64,000 nucleotides of DNA, taken from Podarcis melisellensis (taxonomy: Eukaryota). A program made the translations under genes and the position numbers. This document shows positions 51,180 to 62,630 of the stretch, one piece after another (position 1 is the stretch's first letter; the number at the start of each line of letters is the position of its first letter). The notes under the pieces were generated by a model that saw only the letters and a program-made list of their open reading frames with translations, did no database searches and was not told the DNA's origin. The stretch lies in the NCBI GenBank assembly GCA_964234715.1, contig OZ174285.1, one strand, 5' to 3'.

Positions 51180-54100
51180 GTAAGTTCTAAGACTACAAGC
51201 GTGAAGTTTGAGGCAGCTCTCAAGAGGTGGGGGGAGATGGACGCCTCTGTGTGAGTGTTTGTGTGTGTGTCTGAGAGAGAGGTCCTGACCTGCTGGCTCC
51301 CCTTAAATGCTTAGCAGCCTTCAACTGGAGTATTTTGGCATGCTCTGTCTCTGCAGTTTGTCTTTCATGCTCACAAATCAGAGCGCTTCCTTTTAGGACT
51401 GGTAGACTCCTACATGTCAATTGTTTCAACTGGATTGAGCATTGAGGGATTCACTGGGGGGACGACGACACAGAACCACTTACTCTATGGTGAAGAATCT
51501 TATTTGAAGGGCACATGGTTAGGGAGCCTGTTGAATTATTTTGTTCAGCAGCGACTTCACCAAATTGAAGCACACAAAGCTGAAAATATTTCTGCCCTTG
51601 AACTCTTTCCCCCCGTCTGGGGCTTGAGACAGGCTAGAGGGAGGCAGAGCAGTAAGTGCCGAGCGCCTTCGGATTCCTTCTTCTGCCCTCCTGCCTCATC
51701 CAAAGAGAACCCTGGTATCTCTCCCGGCTGAAGCCAGCTCTGGCTTGGGGGTTGGGAGTATCCCTGGCTGGGATTCTGCTTTGCACGAGAGGCAGAAATA
51801 GGAAAAGCTTCTTGCTGCCTCACATAATTGTTGTGTGAACCCACTTGTGAAGCTGACAAGGAAGAACGAGTGACGGAGAGTCGCTCCTCAGGGAGGAATG
51901 GGAGTGCTGAAATTCACTCTTGTTTGACATCTTGCTTTGCCATTCTAAGTCCCAGGCTGGGCACTTGGGTCCCGGTTTTGCCGAAGCCCCGTTTGCCAGG
52001 CCCTGGAGTTTAACTGGGAGTGAAAAAGGCAGCCTTCCTCTCAGGGGTGCACATTGCTGCCCCTGTTAGAGTCCCATGTTAATGATGACCCACAGTCTTG
52101 GAAAGGGGCGTGAACTTTCACAGTCAGCTGCCTGGAAATGGCAATCTAGCACAGATTCACCAGAGTTCATTTCTTTTATGGAGATAGTTCAGAAACATAA
52201 AATCAGTGACACAGGAGGCTTGCAGGTGGTTTGCTTTTCTTTTTGGGTGTCACCAGGACAGTTTTTAGCGGGCAGCCCCCGTTGTCCAAGACATCACATA
52301 CCCAAGTTCCCCGTGCAAACAACTGGCATGCTTCAAATTTCCTTGCAGAGGAGTCTGGAGGGAAAGAGATCTGAGGAGCCTGGCATGGGCCGCGGCCGGC
52401 CTGCAACTCTCCCAGGGGCCCTGGCGTCACCCTTGGATACAGAAGCTGCCTTGCCTCTTGCCGCTTCATGTCTGCCTGGCTAAAAACCTGCTTTGAATCC
52501 TCGTGCCGAGCAGAGACAAAATACCTCGTCGTGCTGTCAGAAACCAAACTTCATTCTCGCCAACAAGAAACATGTTTCTTAGCATATAGATCAAATAGTG
52601 GCCAGTCCACTGCCCCCCTTGGGCATCTGTGCCCCCAGTTTCATTTTTCCCCAGAAGACTTTCCAAGCACATTTCAAGTGTTTGCACTTTGCACTCAGTT
52701 GGTCAAATGTCTTCTGAATCTCGCATTTTTCTGGCTGCAATGTATCTGCTATTCCTTGATCTATGGAGAATGTTACTGGAATTTTCATACCTTGTTCCTA
52801 AGAGTAGGTTTCCATATCTGTTGACTTTTGCTTCTAGATTGTTCAAAGAGTAGGCTAGTCTGTGTAGGCTTACTTTCGCTTACCCTTTCGCTTACTTACC
52901 TTTCTGAAGCACAATTGTCACCTGCCAATTGTTGAAATGCTTCTAACGTTAACTAAAATTAATGGGTGCCTCAGTTTTGTTCATAGAGCTTATCTTGATG
53001 AGGCATTAATGATAAGCTTTCTTAGCAAGTAGGAGAATGGGAAGGTCTTTCAAGGTGGCTTCTCTCCCTTCCGTAGGAGGAAGTGGTTAGGATGACAGAG
53101 CCTTGTAGCAATCAGCACTGGTTACTCAAGGCTGAGTGACTTGACAAGTTCTATCACCGGCTTTTTGTACCAATCAGTTTGTGTTCTGTTCTTGTCATTC
53201 ATCCCCCAGAAAGCTTTGTTGCTTTCTGCCACATGTGTCCCCTCTGACTGCCATGTAACTAGGATGTCATGGGACCTGTAGCTTGGCTTGGGATGCCTGA
53301 GTCCCTTTACATTCCCAAATGCATTCCTTGGCACAAGAGGCTGTGCCAGTCTGAGCCTCTGCAATGGCCCCCATGAATCTTGTGAAATTGGCAACAAGTG
53401 AGAGGGATGTAGGAAGCTAGGAGTCAGGCCCATTGAGCTCAGCATTGTCTGCCCTGATCAGCAGCTGTAGCATCTCCACATCTGTTTATTTTGCATCCTT
53501 CTCTTTGCTTCCCGTTTTCTTCTATAAACATTTTGATCTGAGTCTCTATTCCCTTCTGAGCTTGGTGAGCGACTTGCTAGCGCATGTTCTTGCTCTGGCT
53601 GGAGTTTAGAATATTTCCCCTTTGATAAGTGTTCTCATTCGGCTCTCTGCCTTCCGAAACGTGATTCATCCAGCCGCGTAGTGCCTGCTTCAGCTCTCGC
53701 TGAGATTAGCAGCTTGCTTATTGGCAGATCTGGCTTTAGAAAATAAACAGTTTGGGAAGCAAGCGACGGGGACAGAAACTGTCGTCCTGAAGTGTCATCA
53801 AACTGCAATTGTAATCTTTGCCTGCCAGCCTCCGGGATGATGGAGCCAAGAAAGCAGCATCATCCCGGCAGGTTGGCCAGGCCCCCTTTGAAGCAGGCGT
53901 AGTTCTCCCTTGGCCATAAAAGGTGCCGTGTAAGAATTCCCAGCAAGTGTCAGAATTGCCGCATGTCGAGAAGGGCTGCCATAGCAACCTTTCCTTTGGC
54001 ACTCAGCTGTGAGTTTTCATTCTCCGGCTTCTGCTGTAGCCTTGCAAGCCTAACCCAAAGCAAGGCGGCCAGGTTTGACTCACAGGATTAGGCCCACCCA

Positions 54101-56700
54101 GCCCATGCTCTCCAGGCTTATGAGCCGGGCATGAGAGAGGAGCCCGGAGGCCTTGTTGCTGATCCCTGGCCTCAGGTTCTCCAGAGCGAGACGGCTGCCA
54201 AAGACAGATGGAAAACCTACATTAGCCCATCTTCCATGGCTAATAGCTTTGCCCGTGTCTATCAGTCAGATTCGTGTCCGCCTTGAAAAAAGCTTCCCCA
54301 GCCATTTCCCCACATGGTGCCTTGCGGTGGTGAATTTTGTGTGTGAGCTCTGTGTTGTGATTTCAGTCAGTTTACTTGAGTGATCCTTAGCATTAGGAGA
54401 CAAGGAGTGTCTTGCTGTTTAACTCTTGTTGATCGATGTTTCCAACTTGATTGGCTTTCCCAGGAGCTACAATTAGCTATTTCAACATCTTAATGGCTGC
54501 ATTATTGCAAGGCAACAGTATCTTTGACTGGATCAGCTTATCTTCAAATGAGTTTTTCTGGGCCCTTAATACCAAAGGAGCATCCTTTATCACCTGAAAG
54601 CTGGTTAGCAGGCTTGCAAGGCTAGCTAGGCAGATACACATTTTCACATTGTGCAGCCTTCTTGAATGCTATTTTGAGAGTCTACTGGAGGAAGATCTCA
54701 GCAGAAGAGAGACTCTTTCCTTCTCCCACCCTAGATGTGCTGCTGCTATCCATCAGCCCCCCACAGGTGGGGTTGGAGTTTGGAGTGCTTTTATAAAAAC
54801 TCCCCTTCTCTGCCCCTTGTTGCTGTGGTGGTTGCTCAGGGTATCTGATCAGCTGTATGCTGCAGCCACAAGATCCAGTTTGATTGCTGCTGAGATGAGT
54901 TTAGGACCAGAAGAAATCCTAAGGTCAAATCCTGACACTGCCCTCCATGTTCCCTCCCTGCCCACTGTTGGACTGGCAGAGAGCTGAAAGCTATAAATCC
55001 CCTCCTCCACCTGCCATTTCCTAAACTTTGTTGCTTTGGCCACGATTCTCCTTCTCCAAGCTTTTGTCTTCTCCAGGAACACAAATATCCTTGGGGTGTC
55101 ATAGAATTCCAGACTCAAAAAAGGTATTTTTTTAAAAAAGAGTAATTGGTTTGTTGTGATTCCATGATGCCCAGAAGTTTATGCCCCCAGATAGGACCCC
55201 CCCCCATTTTCTCAATTTTTATTTTTTTATTATTGACTGCTTTCCGTAGGTCCCCTGCTGTAATACCATGCTGCCAAGAGGTGGGGGTTTTTCATAGCTC
55301 CTCAAGACCCGCCCATCCATGTGCCCTTTTGAAAGATGCCCATGGTGTGCTCTGCTCCCCCCTTTGATATGCTACCCCCCGAGGGCCAATGTGGTTCTCA
55401 GCCTGCACACAATTTAGCCACCCTGATACAGAGCATGTGATGGCACCCAAAGGGGCTGCACCTTGTTTTCCCTTGTGCTCCCTGCTAGGTCTCTGCCACC
55501 TCCTTGGCAGCAATTTGGGGTTTTGCTTGCTGACTCCCTTGTGGCTCATTACAAATGATGTGGCTGCTGGACGGTGCCCTCTGCCTGTCAGGCCAGCTTT
55601 GAATAGCAGGGGCTTGTAGGCGGGGGCTCTTGTGGGGTGCCCCACAGCTAAGGAGCTGCCTTTCTCTGCTGACTGCAAAGCTTAAACATGAAAAAATAAA
55701 GTATTTCCTTTCTGGGACTGATCTTAGTGCTTTTAACAACTTAGAATGTTTTTATTGCATGTTTTCATAAACTGCTTATCCAGCCTGAGCTTCTGGGGAT
55801 AAGCTTTTTTTTGCACCCGTTCCCATTATGGTCCTTAACGGTTTCCGTGGAAGTTGCAAGCCCAGCAAACTTCAAACAAGGTTTCTAGCGATAAATGCCT
55901 CTCTTCCTGCCCCCCACTCCCAAAGCAGTGCATCTCCTCTAGGGAGATTGTTCCTGTACTTGGGCTGAGGTGTGAAACTTCATCTAGGAGGCAGCCATCT
56001 CTTTCCAATGCCTGTGTCTCCAGGCCTGCCCCCTCTGCTCCAATGTGCTTAGTCACTTAGAGATAGTTAGTCTTCTTTGACACTGGAAATGAATGGCTGC
56101 TTACTCTGTGGGCTGAAACGGTGTCACTGTCATTGATGTGTCCTCAGAAGAAACGAGATTTTGCAGGGCAATGCCGCTCGCCCTCAAGAGAAGAACACAC
56201 AGCTGAGTAGCAGGCCGATCCTGCAGACACCTTCTAAACAGTCCGGCGGCTTTTTCTCTTAGACAAAATTGAAGCTTTTTCCATCAGAAAAAAAGTTGTC
56301 TTCTTAATTATTAAGATTTCCGCCCCAGCCTTCCAGTCCGTAGTCAGAAAAGTAAGCAGAAAAGCAGACAGCTTTCAGTAGAACTGGGAAAGAGACGGTG
56401 CTTCACACATTACGCTGCTCTGGGATTCTGAATACCGTGCATGGAAAAGTGGGTTTTGTTTCGCTGCTCCAGCAGTTTCTGAATGGAGCTGAGTGTCGGC
56501 GACCCCCTGTGCTGAGCCAGGCTGGGGGGCTTGCTGGAACAGAGAGACCCCTCTTTGAGGAGGGTCCTTGAGCATCTGAAGCTGAGGAATGCAAATCCAC
56601 ATAGGAAATACCGCCTGCAAGGGTTTCTACCTTGGGCAGGGTGAAAAGTAGTGTAGGAGCCGGAATAATGTCGAAGGGGTGCATTTAAATGCTTGTGTAA

Positions 56701-58045
56701 GGGACCATTTGGATCCTTTCCAGTCGGGATTCAGGCCTCATCATGGGACTGAAACTGCCTTGGTCGCACTGGTTGATGATCTCCGGCGGGCTAGGGACAA
56801 AGGTGAGAGCTGTTTCCTAGTTCTGCTGGATCTCTCAGCGGCGTTTGATACCATCGACCATAACATCCTTCTGGACAGTCTTGAGGGGCTGGGAGCTGGG
56901 GGCACTGTCCTACAGTGGTTCCGCTCCTTCCTCCTGGGCCGTGTTCAGAAAGTGGTGGGGGGGGATGAGTGTTCAGACCCCTGGGCTCTCACTTGTGGGG
57001 TGCCTCAGGGTTCTGTCCTCTCCCCCATGCTTTTCAACATTTACATGCAGCCACTGGGAGAGATCATCAGGAGGTTTGGGCTGGGTGTTCATCAGTATGC
57101 AGATGATAACCAGCTCTACCTCTCTTTTAAATCAGAACCAGTGAGGGCAGTGAAGGTCCTGTGTGAGTGTCTGGAGGCGGTTGGAGGATGGATGGCGGCT
57201 AACAGATTGAGGCTGAATCCTGACAAGACAGAAGTACTGTTTCTGGGGGACAGGAGGCGGGCAGGTGTGGAGGATTCCCTGGTCCTGAATGGGGTAACTG
57301 TGCCCCTGAAGGACCAGGTGCGCAGCCTGGGAGTCATTTTGGACTCACAGCTGTCCATGGAGGCACAGGTCAAATCTGTGTCCAGGGCAGCTGTTTACCA
57401 GCTCCATCTGGTACGTAGGCTGAGACCCTATCTGCCTGCGGACTGTCTCGCCAGAGTGGTGCATGCTCTGGTTATCTCCCGCTTGGACTACTGCAATGCA
57501 CTCTACGTGGGGCTACCTTTGAAGGTGACTCGGAAACTACAACTAATCCAGAATGCGGCAGCTAGACTGGTGACTGGGAGCGGCCGCCGAGACCATATGA
57601 CACCGGTCTTGAAAGACCTACATTGGCTCCCAGTATGTTTCCGAGCACAATTCAAAGTGTTGGTGCTGACCTTTCAAGCCCTAAACGGCCTCGGTCCAGT
57701 ATACCTGAAGGAGCGTCTCCACCCCCATCATTCTGCCCGGACGCTGAGGTCCAGCGCCGAGGGCCTTCTGGCGGTTCCCTCATTGTGAGAAGCAAAGCTA
57801 CAGGGAACCAGGCAGAGGGCTTTCTCAGTAGTGGCGCCCACCCTGTGGAACGCCCTTCCAGCAGATGTCAAAGCAATAAACAACTACCTGACATTTAGAA
57901 GACATCTTAAGGCAGCCCTGTTCAGGGAAGTTTTTAACGTGTGATTTTACTGTATTTTTGGTTTTTATGGAAGCCGCCCAGAGTGGCTGGGGAGGCCCAG
58001 CCAGATGGGCGGGGTATAAATAATAAATTATTATTATTATTATTA
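56701..58045 (+). mobile_element. 5'-truncated L2-clade LINE (RT domain plus 3' UTR), relatively young
   Basis: RT motifs QSGFRPHHGTETAL, LLDLSAAFDTIDH, GVPQGSVLSP, YADD. One premature TGA at 57786-57788, after which the frame continues to RAFSVVAPTLWNALP...LKAALFREVFNV* (57944). (TAT)n tail and 8-bp duplication ttgtgtaa at 56693-56700 and 58046-58053. Confidence 0.93.
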
Positions 58046-58149
58046 TTGTGTAAATACTGTCCCCCAAGTTGTGAGCCACTGTATGGAGATGAGGCTGTTC
58101 TGTGTCCTGCTCAGAACTCTCCCTTGACTTTGCAGTTGCCCCGAAGGGC

Positions 58150-58339
58150 CCTGAGCACAAGAGCCCTCTCCCCTCCTGTGTCTCTGGCAACTGGCATTCA
58201 GAAGCATCTCTGTCATCTCCAACTGCAGAGGCAGAGCATAGCCATCATGACCCATAGCCATCGATCGCTGTCTTCCCCATGAGTTTGTCCCATCCTAGTT
58301 GGTGGCCCTCACTGCCTCCTGTGGGAGGGAGTCCCACAG
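58150..58339 (-). mobile_element. CR1-family 3' fragment
   Basis: Similar to 26765-26965 (gaagcatctctg...gcagagcatagccatcatg...gttggtggccctcactgcctcctgtggg). Confidence 0.6.
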
Positions 58340-58380
<41 letters not shown>

Positions 58381-58480
58381 TAATAATTAATAATAGTTAA
58401 TAATAATAATTTATTTATACCCCACCCATCTGACTGGGTTTCTCCAGCCACTCTGGGCGGCTTCCAACAGAATATTAAAA
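58340..58480 (-). mobile_element. L2 LINE 3' tail with (TAA)n run, minus strand
   Basis: Reverse complement reads ggaagccgcccagagtggctggagaaacccagtcagatgggtggggtataaataa(att)n, matching 57969-58045. Confidence 0.88.
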
Positions 58481-58496
58481 TACAATTCCCCCCCCC

Positions 58497-58821
58497 AAAA
58501 ACTTTTATTTAGCATTTACACCAACAGTCCAGCAGTTACTTAAACTTTTATTTACCTTACAATATTAAGACATTAAACAGCTACAGTGAAAACAAATGCT
58601 ATTGGCAACTTGCAAATAAAGAGTTCCGTTAACACCTAAAAGTCACCCCTCAGACGCAGCACAAGATGGAGGGTGGATTCCTTCTGGATGTTGTAGTCGG
58701 AGAGCATGCGGCCATCTTCCAGCTGCTTCCCAGCAAGGACCAGCCTCTGCTGCTCAAGGGGAATGCCTGCTTTGTCCTGGATCCTAGCTTTCACGGTCTC
58801 AGTGGTGTCACTGGGTTTAAC
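58497..58821 (-). pseudogene. 5'-truncated processed pseudogene of a polyubiquitin (UBB/UBC-type) mRNA: last monomer plus 3' UTR
   Basis: Minus strand reads [61 protein letters not shown], i.e. ubiquitin residues ~17-76 plus one extra residue. Followed by an AT-rich UTR with two AATAAA. Several substitutions, including G76D. Confidence 0.93.
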
Positions 58822-60283
58822 TGGACTTCCTGGCTCTGCTCCGAGTGCCTGTTCCTCTCCTCCTCCTCCTCCTCCTCCTCCTCCTCCTCCAGGACCCTTC
58901 ATCACCCACTATTTTACCCCTATTTATTTTTAAGGAACAACTGCAAATGTTAACTCTCGCCAGGTTTATGGTAAATCTTTCTTACCGATGCAAGATAATA
59001 GTTACAGAAACTGGCTGAGTTTCTTGCTCACTAGGCCAGTCACAGTTGGTGTAGAATTATGTAATTGTCCAAGGTTTCAATTCTGTGAAACCTTGAATAT
59101 TTCTCAGTTGCGAGGAGGTGGCCCAATAAAAATGTCTTCTGTATTATATGCGTATCTCATGCCACTCGTGCCCACTGGAGGAACAGCAAGGAAAGAGGCA
59201 CCCATCTTCTTCCAAACCGCTTAAGTTTTTTTGCGCAATGAAGAGGCATGCAAATTTTGTTAAAGTCATAAAAAGAAGTGCATTCCTGCCGCCAAGGAGA
59301 TTGCAATCTAACCTTCAGCATGGGGGGGAGGGGGAGAATGTTCTGTTCACTTGCCTGTATCTTCATTAAGGGATGAGGACTAAGTGGTTGTGCTGAGCCT
59401 TCCCTTAACTGATTTTAGGATATTAGCAGATGACCTTAAAGCTATAAAAAGAAAGCTTCTGTGTGCAGGCAAGGCCTTATCTGTCTGTTCTTTCATCATT
59501 TTTCTTGTGAAAATGATAGCTGCACACAGACAAATCTGTGCCCATACAAAGACGTACCTTGAAGCTGGAACTGGCTTGTGCCTGCGCCTCTTAGGGAGCA
59601 GGGCAGAGCTGCTGGCTGCATGCCAAGGAGCACTTTGGGCAGGTAATGGATAGGCCAGGATATGGTACCTGAGGGGATAAATAGAGAGGGCTCTGCTGCT
59701 AAGACTTCAGTTTTCATAAAATTCCGGTCTCCGTGGTGGAAAAGGAAACCATTCTCATAAAGCAAATTTGGGGGGAGGTGAAGGGATCCTTTACTTGTTG
59801 CAAGAGTCAGGGAGACCTTCCTGCTCACCACTTGGCCCCAGGACCTTCATTCAGTTGGAAGGCTGAAATGGAACAGCAGGTTATACCGGCATGCTTGCAA
59901 AAATAGATTTGTCCTGCTGCACGGGTGCAATTTTGTTGGATTACGTGGCCCAAGTTAGTGTGTGTGTGTGTGTATGTGTGCGTTGCTTTTTTTCCCACTG
60001 ACTCCGATACACAGCGTCTCTGTCCCTTCTCTAGACAGCAGCTTCTGATGAGTCTTAATCCTTGGCCGAGAGAGCCTTGCTGGGCGGGCAGCAAGGGGCA
60101 CAGGCCTCTGCCACTTTGTGGCATGATGAGAGGGCGCCAACACGGCCACTGAGGATGTGTGCGAGCAGAGGCACCCTAAGGCTAGAAGATGACATTGCTT
60201 CTGTGCTTAGAACGTCTGCTGTGAAACTCCTAACTGGGCAGCCCTCTCAGAAGCAGAAGGCCCTGCTGTTTCTGGAGGAGAAG

Positions 60284-62630
60284 ATGAAGAAGCTTCTGCA
60301 AGGGCCAGCGAGCGAGCTCTCCCTGAGCCAGAATCACCACCAGCAGCTTTCCCTCGTTGAAATAGAAACGGACGCCTTTGTCTGTGGCGTCAATAGGAAA
60401 TCTGCAAGCAGTGACTTTTCCGCTGCTCAGGGGAGGAGCCCTGGGACCAGGGAGGCCAGTAATGGTGGGCTGGACTGGGATGGATACATCGAAGCCCCAC
60501 GGGCGTTAGTTCCAAGCCAGTGTGACTTAGGGGGCGTCTCCGGCCGCCTGGCCTCAGAGAGCCTTCTGGAGCAAATGGAGAGCCCCGAGGAGCAAGCCGA
60601 TCTCGCTGCCCTGAGCCTTGGCACCAACTGGAGGGGAGTTGCTGGGGAAAGAGAAGGGGAAGGGCCCTGCCCTCCAAGCAAGCCCCTCGCCTACACTCCC
60701 TGCAGCCCTGGGCCCAGAGACCGCTCTGCCGATGTCATTGAGTACATCGTGAAAGAGCTCCAAGGGATAAGTCGCATCCAGACCGAGATTGCTGAGCTCC
60801 AGCAGCACCTCACCTTGATCAAAGGCTCCGTGGACGAAGTCTCCAGCTGCGTGGACACTGTTCTGAGCGAGATTGAGGGCCTGCAGAGCAGCTCTGGCCC
60901 CACCAGCAAAAACTCCCCGTTGCCAAAGGCCAAGGCCAGGGAGCCCCTCCTGGGAGGGCCCATCAGAGAGCCAGTGTTGTATTTTTATGGCATCCCAGAG
61001 CAGGAGGGGGAGAACACCAAGGAGCTAGTCCACCGTTTCTTGTCAGAGTACCACTGTTTCAATGGCATTCAGCGTAGCAAGTACATCAAGGATGCTTACA
61101 GATCTGGTGCAGCAACAGGCAAGCAGCTGGCCCCACGACCCGCTGTTGTAAAGCTTGCTAACGCTGAGCAGCGAGACTTCATTCTCCAGAAATCGATTCT
61201 TTTGCAAAGTGCAGGAGTTACCATTGTGGCCAGCAGTGAGCAAAGCCAGCAGAACGGCCAGGTGGGTCCTGGGGCACAGCTGGGCACCTTGCCCTCGCCA
61301 GGCCAGAGTGGGAACCACTGGGGCTCCTTGCACATTCGTGGGGAAGTGGTCAGGACAGATGGAGATGGGCAGCTCCAGGTGGACTCTTGCCAGGCTCAGC
61401 AGGAAAACGCTTGCCAAGAGGTTCACCACCGCGTAGGGGAGAGGCTTAACTTTCAACCGAAATCCACCCTACCTAGGAAGAGCAACTTAATTGCTGAACT
61501 TGAAGAAAAAGTGGGGAGAGTTGTACAAATAATGGGCACTAGTGAGCAGACTTTGCACAGAAGCAGCTCTTCCAGTGGAGTCCTTGATGCGTCCCACAAG
61601 AAGCTGGAAGGCCCTGGGCATGAGAACAAAGGCAGGGATTCCTTGCCATCCCCGGAGTGCTTGGGCAAGGTGCCCGCCTTGTGTGAGGGAGGAGGGGGAC
61701 GTGCTTCAGATGCTGAAAATGCCACCAAGGGCAGCTCCTCTCCTGTGGAAGAGGACCAAGCAGGAGGGCTGACTCCAGGGGAAAGCGAGACGGACTGTGA
61801 TGCCACCACGCTGGAGTTTCTCAGTCCTGAGCAAGTCAGTCTCCTGGAGGAGGCACCGGTGGCCATGACCACTCCCGGCTGTGATGGTGCTCTGCGCAAA
61901 TTGGTTGACAGCAGTGAGACGCTCAAAGACATGATCCAGATTGACCTGAACGAGCAGGACCCAACCGATCAGGTCTTCAGGGATGTCCTAGAAAATTCCC
62001 AGTACTTCCTTGAGCACTCTCGGGACAGCATTGATCTCGTGGACATGAGGTTTTACACTAACAAACTGGGCAAAGCACTGAATCACTTCCGGTCTGCGCT
62101 GCAGGTGGTGTTCCACAAACTGGAGACCGGGGACCCAGAAGTCCTCCTTGAAGGGGAAAAGAGCTTCCATATGAACAGTGAGCCAGCTCCTGCCCTCCGT
62201 AGCCCAAGTGTGCACGGCAGCTTGGATACCTTTGCTGAAACGCCCCCTAGTCAGTCTTCTGAGAGCCAGGCTAACACGACTGTGAGCAGTGACAGTGTGG
62301 GCCTGATGCAGAGGGCTCTTCCCAGTGCTTCATTGCCTCTTGATGAAGCTCCAGTCCCTGACCTGGTGCCCCCACCGGATTCTGAGAGCTGTGTGGAGCA
62401 GCCCTTCCCCTCTGGAGAGGCCCAGCAGGATCCGGGTTCTGCGCCTGTGCAGCCCGGCGGGTGCCGACCTATGAGCCTCGAGAAGGTGTGTGCCGAGACC
62501 ATCTACCTGAACAAGTGCATCAACAACTTCAAGAATGTCCTGAGGGAAAAGAGGCAGATGCGTCGGAGGCTCTTGAAGGAAGTGGCCCAGGAGGCAAGCT
62601 GGACTTCCTCGGCTGAAGAGATTCATTCAG
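60284..62630 (+). CDS. UNC13B: UNC13B large exon encoding the brain-type bMunc13-2 N-terminus (MKKLLQ...; coiled coil; two CaM-binding helices)
   Basis: ORF 60062..62662. MKKLL start, DVIEYIVKELQGISRIQTEIAELQQHL, KLGKALNHFRSALQVVFHKLE and SLEKVCAETIYLNKCINNFKNVLREKR match rodent bMunc13-2 as recalled. Phase-1 donor CAG|gtactc at 62630. An in-frame upstream ATG exists at 60155. Confidence 0.9.

Noticed and set aside
58636-58905. 89-aa ORF with poly-Gly fused to ubiquitin as a possible new ubiquitin-like gene
   Set aside because: The poly-Gly comes from a (CCT)n microsatellite. The ubiquitin part lacks its first two beta strands and the di-Gly (G76D), so it is treated as a pseudogene.
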